This document shows, piece after piece, positions 7,382-17,044 of a stretch of 60,797 nucleotides of DNA. The notes below the pieces were generated by a model. It saw only the letters and a program-made list of their open reading frames with translations, searched no databases and was not told the origin of the DNA. The stretch's first letter is position 1; every line of letters starts with the position of its first letter. The position numbers and the translations under genes were made by a program. The DNA is from Gammaproteobacteria bacterium (GTDB lineage: Bacteria > Pseudomonadota > Gammaproteobacteria > UBA4575), in NCBI GenBank assembly GCA_045105815.1, contig JBGCDX010000039.1, forward strand, positions 1-60,797. Reading direction: 5' to 3'.

Positions 7382-9502
7382 TTAAGCAGCCGTAGCTGAA
7401 AGCTGTTGTATAGCATCATTCTGCTCACCTACGCTTGCTGTAATATTTATCCTCTTTGATTCTGGTATTTCATCAAATGACAAAATATGCAGATTTTTAA
7501 CACTGGTTTTAAATAATTTTGACAACATAATTCGTAAACCACTTGTTACTAATAACACTGGAGGCAAACCTACAGCTTCCTGTTGTTGAGCTAAATCACG
7601 AACTGAATCTTGCATCTTCTCTGCTAAGGTCGGCTCTAAAGCAAAATAATTATCAGGTCCCTCATGTATAGTCTTCTGCAATAACTGTTCCAACTTTGGA
7701 GAAAGTGTAAACACGGACAAATCTTTACGCATCCCATTGATTTCCTGAACAATTGCTCTTCGTAAAGCAATGCGCACAATAGATGTTAAAGCGTCAGCAT
7801 TTTGGCTAGTGTTTGCCGCATCCGCCAATGTTTCAACGATTGTCCTAATGTCTTTTATAGGTACACCTTCTTGCAGCAAATTTTGCATTACCTTCACAAC
7901 CGTACTCATAGGTAATGTTTTAGGCACTAAATCTTCAACAAGTTGTGGTGATTTTTCAGCTAAAGAATCAAGCAATTGCTTGGTTTCTTCATAACCTAAG
8001 AAGTAATGAGCACTTTCACGTAGTATTTTACTAAGGTGAGTAGCTACTACAGTGCTTGGATCGACAACGGTATACCCTAAGGTCTGAGCTTGATCACGCT
8101 GCCCTGGTTCAATCCAAATAGCTTCCATTTCAAAAGCTGGATCTTTCGTTACAATTCCATCAATCTTTCCGCTTACATTGCCTGGATTAATCGCTAACTC
8201 ACGATCAGTGAATACCTCACCTTCACCCTCAGTAACCCCTTGAATGACAATGCGGTAATTATTTGCCGGCAAATCTAAGTTGTCTCTTATGTGAACAGGT
8301 TGTAGCAAGAAGCCAAGATCTTGAGAAACTTTTTTACGAACACCTTTAATGCGACCAATTAATTCACCTTGTTGTTCTTTATCTACTAAGGAAATTAATC
8401 GATAACCTACTTCTAAACGAATAACGTCTACAGTTTGCATGTCACCCCAACTAAGCTCTACCTCATCTGGTGAAGCGTTAGATTCATTTTCATCATCTAC
8501 ATCCTCTACATTATTCTCTTCGGCATCTATAAGATTTGAAGTCATTTTTGCAAAAAATAAACACATTCCCGCTATCATTAAAAAAACAACATTAGGCATA
8601 CCAGGAATAAGACCCATACCACCAATAATTGAAGCCGTGATATACCAGACACGTTTATCTTTAAATATTTGATTAACAACAGTAGCTCCCATATTTTGAG
8701 AAGCTGATACACGCGTTACAATTATCGCAGTAGCAGTTGATAATAATAGGGATGGAATTTGCGCAACTAATCCATCACCAATAGATAACAATAAATAATT
8801 CTGTGTAGCCACTGCAAAACTTAGATCATGTTGAGCCATACCAATGGTCAAACCACCGATAATATTTATAAAAATAATTAATATTCCAGCGATAGCATCG
8901 CCACGTACAAATTTACTTGCACCATCCATGGAGCCATAAAAATCTGCCTCATTCGAAATATCTTCTCTTCTTTGTAATGCATCTTCTTGTGAAATCAATC
9001 CAGAATTTAAATCTGCATCAATTGCCATCTGTTTACCAGGCATTGCGTCTAATGTGAATCGTGCGCTTACTTCAGACACGCGCCCCGCACCTTTTGTAAC
9101 TACAACAAAATTTATAATCACAAGAATGGTAAATATGACAAAACCAACCGCATAATTACCTCCTACAACAAAGTTACCAAACGATTCAATCACATTCCCA
9201 GCAGCCCCTGTGCCTGTATGACCATTAATCAGTACCACGCGAGTTGATGCAACATTAAGAGCTAAACGCAGCATGGTTGCGACAAGCAACACTGTTGGGA
9301 AAACTGCAAAATCTAATGGCCTAAGGGTATAAATGCTTACCAAAATAATAATTAATGCCAAGGCAATATTAAATGTGAAAACCAAATCCAATGCAAAAGG
9401 TGGTAATGGCACAATCATCATACTGAACATTAAGATCAGTAATAATGGTGTACCTAATCCATTTTTTGAGAATTCTTTGAATGTACCTAAAGCGCTATCC
9501 AC
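7382..9502 (-). CDS. flhA: flagellar export apparatus protein FlhA
   Basis: 706 aa. Polytopic N-terminus plus cytoplasmic domain. FHIPEP signature RFTLDAMPGKQMAIDADLN. Confidence 0.95.
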   Translation of the reverse strand: MDSALGTFKEFSKNGLGTPLLLILMFSMMIVPLPPFALDLVFTFNIALALIIILVSIYTLRPLDFAVFPTVLLVATMLRLALNVASTRVVLINGHTGTGAAGNVIESFGNFVVGGNYAVGFVIFTILVIINFVVVTKGAGRVSEVSARFTLDAMPGKQMAIDADLNSGLISQEDALQRREDISNEADFYGSMDGASKFVRGDAIAGILIIFINIIGGLTIGMAQHDLSFAVATQNYLLLSIGDGLVAQIPSLLLSTATAIIVTRVSASQNMGATVVNQIFKDKRVWYITASIIGGMGLIPGMPNVVFLMIAGMCLFFAKMTSNLIDAEENNVEDVDDENESNASPDEVELSWGDMQTVDVIRLEVGYRLISLVDKEQQGELIGRIKGVRKKVSQDLGFLLQPVHIRDNLDLPANNYRIVIQGVTEGEGEVFTDRELAINPGNVSGKIDGIVTKDPAFEMEAIWIEPGQRDQAQTLGYTVVDPSTVVATHLSKILRESAHYFLGYEETKQLLDSLAEKSPQLVEDLVPKTLPMSTVVKVMQNLLQEGVPIKDIRTIVETLADAANTSQNADALTSIVRIALRRAIVQEINGMRKDLSVFTLSPKLEQLLQKTIHEGPDNYFALEPTLAEKMQDSVRDLAQQQEAVGLPPVLLVTSGLRIMLSKLFKTSVKNLHILSFDEIPESKRINITASVGEQNDAIQQLSATAA

Positions 9503-9518
9503 GTCAATATCCTTTTAC

Positions 9519-10646
9519 TTAATCAACTCTATATTCATTTGGTATTTCTAATTCATCCGGTGGATCCGGATACTTTCCTGGCATTGCATTTTTTAATTGA
9601 AATACGTAAGCCAATACCTTAGCGACTGAAACATACAATCCATAAGGTATTTCTTTATTTAATTCGGTACTATAATAAACAGCTCTTGCTAATGCAGGTG
9701 CACAAAAAACATTGACTTCATTTTTTAATGCAATTTCTTTTATTTTTTCTGCTACAAAATCAATACCCTTAGCGACTACTAATGGTGCTTTAGATTTATC
9801 TACATCGTATTTTAATGCAACTGCAAAGTGTGTTGGATTAGTAATAATTACATCTGCATCTGGCACATCTTCCATCATCCTTTTTTGTGCTAATTCTCTT
9901 TGTAAATTTCGCATGCGTCCTTTATTTTCTGGATTTCCCTCAGTTTCTTTGAGCTCATCTTTAACTTCTTGCAAGGTCATGCGTAACTGCTTATTGTGGT
10001 TCCAAAATTGGTAAGGCGCATCTATCAATGCCACCAGTATTAATCCAGCTGATGCCACAGTAAAAATAAGAATTATCAACTTATATGAATGTGCAATACT
10101 ATTTTGAGTGGTTTCAAATCCTAGATTCAATATTTCTGGTGTGAACATTCTTAGCAGTGTGTAAACAATGAAACCAATTAGTCCAACTTTTAACAATGCT
10201 TTTAATAATTCAACAAGGCCTTGTACCCCAAACATGCGTTTGAAACCAGAAAATGGGCTTAATCTACTCATTTTGAAAGCCATTGCTTTCGTAGAGAACG
10301 ACATTCCGCCAATCATCATTGGGCCAAATAATGCGATAACAAACATAAATGCCATATAAGGAAGAAGTGCGAATAATGCTGTGAGACTACTTTCTGTAAA
10401 ATGCGGGAGCATATAGTTTTTATCCATAATATGACTAATTGGTAATTGAAAATTATGTAATAAAATTTTATGCAAACTTTCAGAGATCGTGCCTGTAAAA
10501 AATATCAATGAGCATGAACCGATAAATGTAACCAACATCGTATTTAGTTCACGCGATCTAGGCACTTGCCCTTTTTTGCGTGAATCATCTAATCGTTTCT
10601 GTGTAGGTTCTTGTGTTTTATCTTGCTGTGCAGTTTTATCTGACAT
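9519..10646 (-). CDS. flhB: flagellar export switch protein FlhB
   Basis: 375 aa. Four TM segments and the NPTH autocleavage site (VIITNPTHFAVALKY). Confidence 0.95.
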   Translation of the reverse strand: MSDKTAQQDKTQEPTQKRLDDSRKKGQVPRSRELNTMLVTFIGSCSLIFFTGTISESLHKILLHNFQLPISHIMDKNYMLPHFTESSLTALFALLPYMAFMFVIALFGPMMIGGMSFSTKAMAFKMSRLSPFSGFKRMFGVQGLVELLKALLKVGLIGFIVYTLLRMFTPEILNLGFETTQNSIAHSYKLIILIFTVASAGLILVALIDAPYQFWNHNKQLRMTLQEVKDELKETEGNPENKGRMRNLQRELAQKRMMEDVPDADVIITNPTHFAVALKYDVDKSKAPLVVAKGIDFVAEKIKEIALKNEVNVFCAPALARAVYYSTELNKEIPYGLYVSVAKVLAYVFQLKNAMPGKYPDPPDELEIPNEYRVD

Positions 10647-10658
10647 ACATGCCTCCCC

Positions 10659-11426
10659 TTATCTAATGAGAGGCATTTTTTCAAATGCAGCGTTTAATAA
10701 ATTCTGAAAAACAGTGGCCATACTAGGTAATGTTAATGCTATAACTACTAAGCCCAAGATTATCGTAATCGGAAATCCTACTGAGAATACATTTAACTGA
10801 GGTGCAGCACGTGTCATCAATGCAAGTGCAGAGTTAGCAATTAAAAGAGCAGTAATCGCTGGTATAGCCACCATTAATGCACCTGAGAACATATTCGTTG
10901 CCCATGAAACTACATCCCACAAAGCATTTTGGTGCTGAAATGTAGATCCAATAGGTATGTATGTGAAACTATCAAACAACATATTAATTAGTGCCAAATG
11001 CCCGTCTAATGCCAAAAACAATAATGTCGCAGATATTGTTAAAAATTGACTAACAATAGGCACGGTTACACCGTTAACTGGATCAGTTATTTGAGCGAAA
11101 CCTAAACCCATAGTTACAGCAATATTCTCACCAGCAATCGTTAAAGCTGAAAATACCAATCTCAGCATAAAGCCCATTAACAAACCAATCAGAATTTGAA
11201 TGCCAATTTGAATGAAGCCGACAGATGAAAAAAGTATGACTTCTTGCGAATTTGTTAATAAAGGAAACATAAATATAGTTATTACTGAAGCTATAGCTAC
11301 TTTTATTCTTAACTGCAAAAAAGGACTACTCAATATAGGTGCTACTGAAAATAGTGCAGCAACTCTTGAAAATGGCAAAATAAAATCACCAACATTAGAC
11401 ATTAATTCATTAATTTGAAAAACCAT
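10659..11426 (-). CDS. fliR: flagellar export gate protein FliR
   Basis: 255 aa polytopic membrane protein between fliQ and flhB. Confidence 0.9.
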   Translation of the reverse strand: MVFQINELMSNVGDFILPFSRVAALFSVAPILSSPFLQLRIKVAIASVITIFMFPLLTNSQEVILFSSVGFIQIGIQILIGLLMGFMLRLVFSALTIAGENIAVTMGLGFAQITDPVNGVTVPIVSQFLTISATLLFLALDGHLALINMLFDSFTYIPIGSTFQHQNALWDVVSWATNMFSGALMVAIPAITALLIANSALALMTRAAPQLNVFSVGFPITIILGLVVIALTLPSMATVFQNLLNAAFEKMPLIR

Positions 11427-11442
11427 CTGATTATTTCTATAT

Positions 11443-11712
11443 CTAAATCAGCAAAGTTGGAATATTTGTAATCAAATTAGTGACATATGTTGTTAATGTA
11501 CTAAGCATCCATGGGCCAGCTATCAAAAGTGTTAGAAACAAAACTATTAACTTAGGTATAAAACTCAATGTCATTTCATTAATTTGAGTAGCTGCTTGTA
11601 GCATTCCTATAAATACGCCAATTGCTAAAACAGCAAGTAATATTGGTGCCGCAACAATGACTGTTATCCATAATGCATTGTTTAATAGTGTTAATGTTGC
11701 TTCTGGCGTCAT
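11443..11712 (-). CDS. fliQ: flagellar export gate protein FliQ
   Basis: 89 aa from ATG 11712 (MTPEATLTLLNNALWITV...). The track ORF extends to 11772, which would overlap the fliP 3' end. The shorter start leaves an 11-nt gap after the fliP stop. Confidence 0.9.
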   Translation of the reverse strand: MTPEATLTLLNNALWITVIVAAPILLAVLAIGVFIGMLQAATQINEMTLSFIPKLIVLFLTLLIAGPWMLSTLTTYVTNLITNIPTLLI

Positions 11713-11723
11713 ATTAAATCCAA

Positions 11724-12464
11724 TTAAATTATATAAAAACTCGATGCCAACATACCTAATACCAATGACCATCCATCTACCAATACAAACAACATTAATT
11801 TAAATGGCAATGAAATAATCAAAGGTGACAACATCATCATACCCATTGACATCAATACACTTGCAACGACTAAATCAATTATCAAAAAGGGAATAAATAA
11901 AATAAACCCAATCTGAAATGCTGTTTTAAGTTCACTTGTAATAAATGCAGGTAATAAAATACTTAACGATACATCTTCAGGTTTATCTATCATTTCAATA
12001 CCAGAGAGGTCAGCAAATAATGCGATATCTGTTTCACGTGTTTGAGCAATCATAAATTCTTTAATTGGTACGATCGCATTATTAATTGCAGTTTGTGCAT
12101 CAATGTCTTCTGACATGTATGGTGTAACAGAACTCTCGTAAACTTCTGTTAATACTGGAGTCATAACAAAAAATGTTATAAATAAAGCAAGACCTAATAA
12201 TATTTGATTTGAAGGTGTTTGAGCGGTGCCTAATGCTTGTCGCAATATCGCGAGTACAATAATAATTCTTGTGAAAGATGTCATAGTAAGAAGTATTCCA
12301 GGTAATAATGTTAAACCTGTCATCAATGCCAATACTTGCAAACTTAAAGAATATGATTGACCTCCATCTGCAGTAGTTTCTACCGTAATTGCAGGAAGTC
12401 CTGACTGTGCAAACACATCAGGAGAAAAAAGACTTGCCATAAACAATATAATTAGCTTAAGCAT
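11724..12464 (-). CDS. fliP: flagellar export gate protein FliP
   Basis: 246 aa. Signal peptide and conserved [22 protein letters not shown] segment. Confidence 0.95.
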   Translation of the reverse strand: MLKLIILFMASLFSPDVFAQSGLPAITVETTADGGQSYSLSLQVLALMTGLTLLPGILLTMTSFTRIIIVLAILRQALGTAQTPSNQILLGLALFITFFVMTPVLTEVYESSVTPYMSEDIDAQTAINNAIVPIKEFMIAQTRETDIALFADLSGIEMIDKPEDVSLSILLPAFITSELKTAFQIGFILFIPFLIIDLVVASVLMSMGMMMLSPLIISLPFKLMLFVLVDGWSLVLGMLASSFYII

Positions 12465-12915
12465 GTCGGTTTTTACTCATCAGATTTACAAAAATATTTG
12501 TAAACTCATTTTTTTTAGTATCATTTTCTGACATACTTTTACCAACTTCCTCTTTATCCAAAGTATGTATTTTTCTAATACCTGACACAGAAGAACCTAA
12601 AAGCAAATAATCTGAACCTACTCTTACAATCAATAATTTTTCTTTTTGTGAGATGGGAAAACTATGAACGACCTCCAATAAACCTTGATTGGGTGGCACG
12701 GCAAACCGTGTTTTTTTCAATAGCAATAAAGCAATAATTATTATTACAATTATGAATATTGTTGCAGTTGTGATTTGACCATAATTAATAGTAGGACCAC
12801 CAAATTCTGCTGAAAAAGGCTCTTTAATTACTTCTTCGCCATAAGCACTCATTGATACACTAAGCATTATAATTTGCAGAAATAGTGTATTTACAATTTT
12901 TATATATTTATTCAT
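12457..12915 (-). CDS. fliO: flagellar protein FliO
   Basis: 152 aa. Single TM ([16 protein letters not shown]). Located between fliN and fliP, with an 8-nt overlap with fliP. Confidence 0.8.
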   Translation of the reverse strand: MNKYIKIVNTLFLQIIMLSVSMSAYGEEVIKEPFSAEFGGPTINYGQITTATIFIIVIIIIALLLLKKTRFAVPPNQGLLEVVHSFPISQKEKLLIVRVGSDYLLLGSSVSGIRKIHTLDKEEVGKSMSENDTKKNEFTNIFVNLMSKNRHA

Positions 12916-12923
12916 TAATTAAG

Positions 12924-13262
12924 TTAATTTTTAAGCTTCTCTACGCGTTTTTCTGGACTAACTACATCAGTAATTCTTGCACCAAACTTGTTATCAACTA
13001 CTACTACTTCTGCTTTAGCCACAAGCTTTCCGTTAACTAATACATCAACTGGTTCATCCACTAAACGATTTAATTCAATAACTGAACCTTGACTTAATTC
13101 AATTAAACTCTGTAAATCTACTGTTGCCCTACCTAACTCTAGCGATACATCTACAGGTATATTCAATACAACGTCTAAGTTATTCAAACCTGGTATCGCC
13201 ACGCCTGAACTATCTGCTGATTGATTCTGAATGTTATTTTCGTTTGTCTGGTCTTCACTCAT
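12924..13262 (-). CDS. fliN: C-ring protein FliN
   Basis: 112 aa. SpoA-type C-terminus VDVLVNGKLVAKAEVVVVDNKFGARITDV. Confidence 0.93.
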   Translation of the reverse strand: MSEDQTNENNIQNQSADSSGVAIPGLNNLDVVLNIPVDVSLELGRATVDLQSLIELSQGSVIELNRLVDEPVDVLVNGKLVAKAEVVVVDNKFGARITDVVSPEKRVEKLKN

Positions 13263-13288
13263 ATTAAATTCCTAATAATATTTATCAC

Positions 13289-14440
13289 TTATTGTTCCCT
13301 AATCCATGAATTTATACTGATGGCAACTGCATCATTTACTGACCCAATTTTACCTGTGAATATTGGTGTAGAACTCGAATATACGGTCACAGCCTCTGGC
13401 ATTGAAAATGGAATAACATCGCCTGTCTTAAGCTTAATAACTTCATCAACAGTTAAGTTAAACTCTGCTAATATTGTTTTTAATTCGATCGGTGCAGCTT
13501 TAACACTATTAAAAAACTTTATTTTCCATTGCCCATCATCACTTTCACCACGCTCAGGCACCATGCTCCGTAAACTTTTTTTAATTGAATCTAAACCTTT
13601 GTATGGATAAGCAATCCTTATGTAACTTGCTTCTTCATCTAAAGACACTTTGAATTGACACACCACAACAAGCTGAGTCTCTTCAATCAAGTTTATTAAT
13701 TTTGGTTGCGACTCTCTTTGTACAAATTCGAAATCTAATGGCTCTGTTTTTTCCCAAGCTGACTTATTAGACATAAGAAACATTTCTAGTATTTTATTAC
13801 TTAGATTAAATTCTGTATCAGTAAATTCTTGTTTATCACTTGCTTCACTTAACTTGCCTTCTCCACCAAAATACGAATCCATTACAATTTCTATTAATGC
13901 TCCATCAATACAAACAAGTGACTGAACATCAATTTTGCTAATATTAACTATGCTTGTATCAACTAAAACTGGAAGTGAATGTATGAAATCTCCATAACGC
14001 GTTATATCCACATCTCCCGTTGTTACAACAACCTCTCGTTGCAATAAGTTCGTTAAACCTTCAGTCATCAACTCTATAAGTTTTTCATTAATTACAGCTA
14101 ATGTTGGGAAACTAGATTTATTAATATGTGCAGGAGAATAGAAATCATATGTAGTAACTCCTAATTCATCTGTCAATTGTTCCACTTCACCAGACAGAGC
14201 ATCACGTTCTTCATCACTCAGAATTTCATTCTCAGCTTCTTTCCCTTTATCTGAATCGCTCCAAGGCCGATCTTCTGATCGCCTATCTTCTCCATCCCAA
14301 TCTTCATCACCTTCTACAGCAGAGGATTTTTCTGATTTATCTTCTGTAGTATCTTCAGCTTCAGAATTCTGGTCAGGTGTTGACTCTTCCACAGAGTCTT
14401 GTGTAGTTTCTGGATTTGCTTCTGGGTCTGTAGCACTCAT
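13289..14440 (-). CDS. fliM: C-ring switch protein FliM with a roughly 73-aa acidic N-terminal extension
   Basis: 383 aa. The CheY-P-binding-like motif ILSDEERDALSG sits at residues about 73-84 rather than at the extreme N-terminus. The rest is FliM-like, and the gene is followed by fliN. Confidence 0.9.
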   Translation of the reverse strand: MSATDPEANPETTQDSVEESTPDQNSEAEDTTEDKSEKSSAVEGDEDWDGEDRRSEDRPWSDSDKGKEAENEILSDEERDALSGEVEQLTDELGVTTYDFYSPAHINKSSFPTLAVINEKLIELMTEGLTNLLQREVVVTTGDVDITRYGDFIHSLPVLVDTSIVNISKIDVQSLVCIDGALIEIVMDSYFGGEGKLSEASDKQEFTDTEFNLSNKILEMFLMSNKSAWEKTEPLDFEFVQRESQPKLINLIEETQLVVVCQFKVSLDEEASYIRIAYPYKGLDSIKKSLRSMVPERGESDDGQWKIKFFNSVKAAPIELKTILAEFNLTVDEVIKLKTGDVIPFSMPEAVTVYSSSTPIFTGKIGSVNDAVAISINSWIREQ

Positions 14441-14460
14441 AATCTATATCTCGTTTAAAA

Positions 14461-14928
14461 TCATTGCATTACGAGTTTTGTGAAATAAATGTCTTCTACT
14501 AACTTTTCATCATAGAGTTCTTGCATAACTGCCTGTGCTGTCATCAAAACATCTTTTCTAAGCATTTCTTTCGCATCATTAGTTGATAATTCGTCACTAT
14601 CTTTTCCAGACATCAATAAAATTAAGTTATTACGCACTACAGGCACATGCATCTTAAATTTATCTCTTGCATCCATACTGTAAAATTTTGCAACCATATC
14701 TACTTGCATGAAATTTTTCTTTGAGCCATCAATAAAGTTAATAGTAAAAGCTGGATGTATATCTTCATAAATTGCATCTTTAGCTTCAGGCACCATTTCT
14801 TCTTCAGCCATCATTTCATCTTCAGGCATTTCTTCAGGAGATTTGAGAAAGAACATAGCGCCACCAATACCTGCACCAATTAGTACAATTGCGCCAACCG
14901 CGATAATAATAATTTTTTTCATTTGCAA
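14461..14928 (-). CDS. fliL: flagellar basal-body-associated protein FliL
   Basis: 155 aa. N-terminal TM (IIIIAVGAIVLIGAGIGGAMFFL). First gene after a sigma-54 promoter. Confidence 0.88.
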   Translation of the reverse strand: MQMKKIIIIAVGAIVLIGAGIGGAMFFLKSPEEMPEDEMMAEEEMVPEAKDAIYEDIHPAFTINFIDGSKKNFMQVDMVAKFYSMDARDKFKMHVPVVRNNLILLMSGKDSDELSTNDAKEMLRKDVLMTAQAVMQELYDEKLVEDIYFTKLVMQ

Positions 14929-14965
14929 ACCTTCATAATTAGAAATATTTATTTCATATTATGAA

Positions 14966-14982
14966 TTGCAACCAACGTGCCA
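14966..14982 (-). promoter_or_regulatory. sigma-54 promoter of fliL operon
   Basis: Minus strand reads TGGCACGTTGGTTGCAA (perfect TGGCAC-N5-TTGCA), 38 nt upstream of the fliL ATG. Confidence 0.8.
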
Positions 14983-15041
14983 ACTTTTACAGAATATTAA
15001 TCCTATAATTATCAATTACTTATGAATTCAATACTTTAAGA

Positions 15042-15059
15042 CAGCCAATTATTTGGCTG
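15042..15059 (-). terminator. stem-loop downstream of fliK (possible terminator)
   Basis: CAGCCAA-ttat-TTGGCTG, a 7-bp perfect stem with a 4-nt loop, between the fliK stop and the fliL sigma-54 promoter. No clear U-tract. Confidence 0.35.
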
Positions 15060-15127
15060 ATGAGACTTATTACTAATCGGTTACCGTCAAAGATTTGTTG
15101 ATCAATCTGAGGATAGATTAAGATTAT

Positions 15128-16534
15128 TTATACATATGCATCTAATAAATTGAGAGATGTTGATTTATTGACATGTTCTAATGAAGCTAATTCAATCTCG
15201 TCAGCACCATTTGCATCCAAGTTATTATCAAATTGGCTTGAGTCATTATCATTTAAACCTGAAAAGTGCGAATCTTGATTAGATTGATGATTAAACCGCG
15301 TCTCAACATTCACTTCTTGTAAGTTAATACCATTTTCACCGAATTGACTCTTCAATGTAGCGATACTTGCTTCGATCAATTCTTTTGTAGCATTATTAGT
15401 AGCGATGAAATTCAACTTCAAATTTGAATCCTCCAAGTTTAAAGCAATATTCACTTGGCCCAAAGACTCAGGAAAAACATTAATTTTTGCATTCTGTACT
15501 TTATTACTAATTAACCACTTAACATTTTGTTCAATCGACTGATCTACACTCTGCTGTATTTGTTCAGGGGCAACTCCTTGTTTAATTAACAAAGGTATGG
15601 GAGCCTCAACAGGTCTATTAATTAATGATCCAGTATTGAGATTATTATAAGTATCCACACCACTTGATATATTTAGATTCAACTGGCTAATATCTGATTT
15701 AACTATATTTATATTCTGCTGAAATACTTCTGAGCTTAGAATTTGATTCTTTGACATAATTTTTGAACTATTATCGTCCGATAAATAGTTGGAAATGAAA
15801 TTGTTCAATTCATCTAACGTACTTTCAGCAGAATCAAATTTTTGTGGGCTTCCATAATTCACAATATTATCTACCAATACATTAGATTTATTATTAATAC
15901 TAGGAACTTCAACATCTATAGATGCTGGCAAAGTACGTTGATTATCTATGGCACCTGGTGTAGATGTAAGCTCAGCGACTTGTGTAGTTAAAGTAGGTAA
16001 TACTTGATTAGGATTTACTGATATTGGCGTTACAATTAGTTCTTCACTTACTTCGGTAACTATTTCGCTTATATTTTGAATTTCTGAGTCAATATTTTGC
16101 TCAAGCTCTGAAACTAAGCTCGATACTGTTGGCAGAATATTGGTAGATACTGTATCGAACTGATCCTGAAGATTAAGAGCATTGACTTTCAGAATATCCT
16201 GAGGTATTGGATTTAACGAGCGGGAATCAATATCGTCTAATTGAATACCATTAACCAAGGATTGCGCATTAGAGCGAAGTTCTTTTAAAGCAATAGCTTG
16301 AATTGCTTCGGATTGCAATGTTTCGGGTTGTATTGCTAGCGGCAATTTTTTGCCGTCAATGGGCAACACTTCACCGCTATTGATTGCTAATTCTTTAAGA
16401 GAATCATTAAGCTGAGCACTAAAATCACCACTTAAACTTATGTTCTGCCCATTCGTCTCTACCGAGGCACAACTGATGCATGAACTCGACGAAGTTTGCA
16501 AGTTGGTATTTAATATTAGTTCTGTTTCAGCCAT
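15128..16534 (-). CDS. fliK: hook-length control protein FliK
   Basis: 468 aa. Ser/Asn/Gln-rich with a C-terminal Flg_hook-like segment NVFPESLGQVNIALNLEDSNLKLNFIATN. Confidence 0.85.
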   Translation of the reverse strand: MAETELILNTNLQTSSSSCISCASVETNGQNISLSGDFSAQLNDSLKELAINSGEVLPIDGKKLPLAIQPETLQSEAIQAIALKELRSNAQSLVNGIQLDDIDSRSLNPIPQDILKVNALNLQDQFDTVSTNILPTVSSLVSELEQNIDSEIQNISEIVTEVSEELIVTPISVNPNQVLPTLTTQVAELTSTPGAIDNQRTLPASIDVEVPSINNKSNVLVDNIVNYGSPQKFDSAESTLDELNNFISNYLSDDNSSKIMSKNQILSSEVFQQNINIVKSDISQLNLNISSGVDTYNNLNTGSLINRPVEAPIPLLIKQGVAPEQIQQSVDQSIEQNVKWLISNKVQNAKINVFPESLGQVNIALNLEDSNLKLNFIATNNATKELIEASIATLKSQFGENGINLQEVNVETRFNHQSNQDSHFSGLNDNDSSQFDNNLDANGADEIELASLEHVNKSTSLNLLDAYV

Positions 16535-16561
16535 ATCTAAATCATTCTTTGCATTAGATAT

Positions 16562-16577
16562 TGCATTTTTTAGGCCA
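16562..16577 (-). promoter_or_regulatory. sigma-54 promoter of fliK
   Basis: Minus strand reads TGGCCTAAAAAATGCA. GG and GC are at the canonical 12-nt register. It lies about 28 nt upstream of the fliK ATG. Confidence 0.6.
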
Positions 16578-16614
16578 ACTTTAACTTATTGTCCCTAATA
16601 GGTGCCCTCAACAG

Positions 16615-17040
16615 CTAAGCATCATAGTTCAACATGGCAAGAATTTGACTATCTAGTTCTTTTTGTTCATTACGATCTTTGATATCAAGCTCTTGTTTAT
16701 GATATCGCTTTACTAGAAGTCCTAATGCTCTATTTTGAGCTTGATCTTTTTGCAATAATAATATCTTCTGATTTACCTTATAGCCTAGGTCCTGCACGAT
16801 TTTATTTTGAGAATCAATTGCCAATTGAAGCTTATTCATTAAATTATAATGTATCTGGATACTGGAAATAGTTTGATTACTTTTAGCGCAGTTATATCCC
16901 TCTTGATATGAAATTAAGTCCTGTAACTTTTGTTCATTTTCTATTTTAATTTGCATAAGCTCTACTAATGATGACAACTGCTTATTTAACTTATAATCAA
17001 GAACTTCTAGTGCCGCATTAAGTTTCTGAGAACGCACCAT
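16615..17040 (-). CDS. fliJ: flagellar export chaperone/stalk protein FliJ
   Basis: 141 aa coiled-coil protein directly after fliI. Confidence 0.8.
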   Translation of the reverse strand: MVRSQKLNAALEVLDYKLNKQLSSLVELMQIKIENEQKLQDLISYQEGYNCAKSNQTISSIQIHYNLMNKLQLAIDSQNKIVQDLGYKVNQKILLLQKDQAQNRALGLLVKRYHKQELDIKDRNEQKELDSQILAMLNYDA

Positions 17041-17044
17041 AATA

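Noticed and set aside
11713-11772. 20-codon N-terminal extension of the FliQ ORF in the track.
   Set aside because: It would overlap the fliP 3' end. FliQ proteins are about 89 aa and begin MTPE-like, so the ATG at 11712 fits.
13221-13610. 129-aa plus-strand ORF, with similar antisense ORFs at 19080-19493, 29966-30313, 36611-36868, 37457-37981 and 46843-47187.
   Set aside because: All lie fully inside strongly supported minus-strand genes. They have no RBS context or motifs and are typical long antisense frames.
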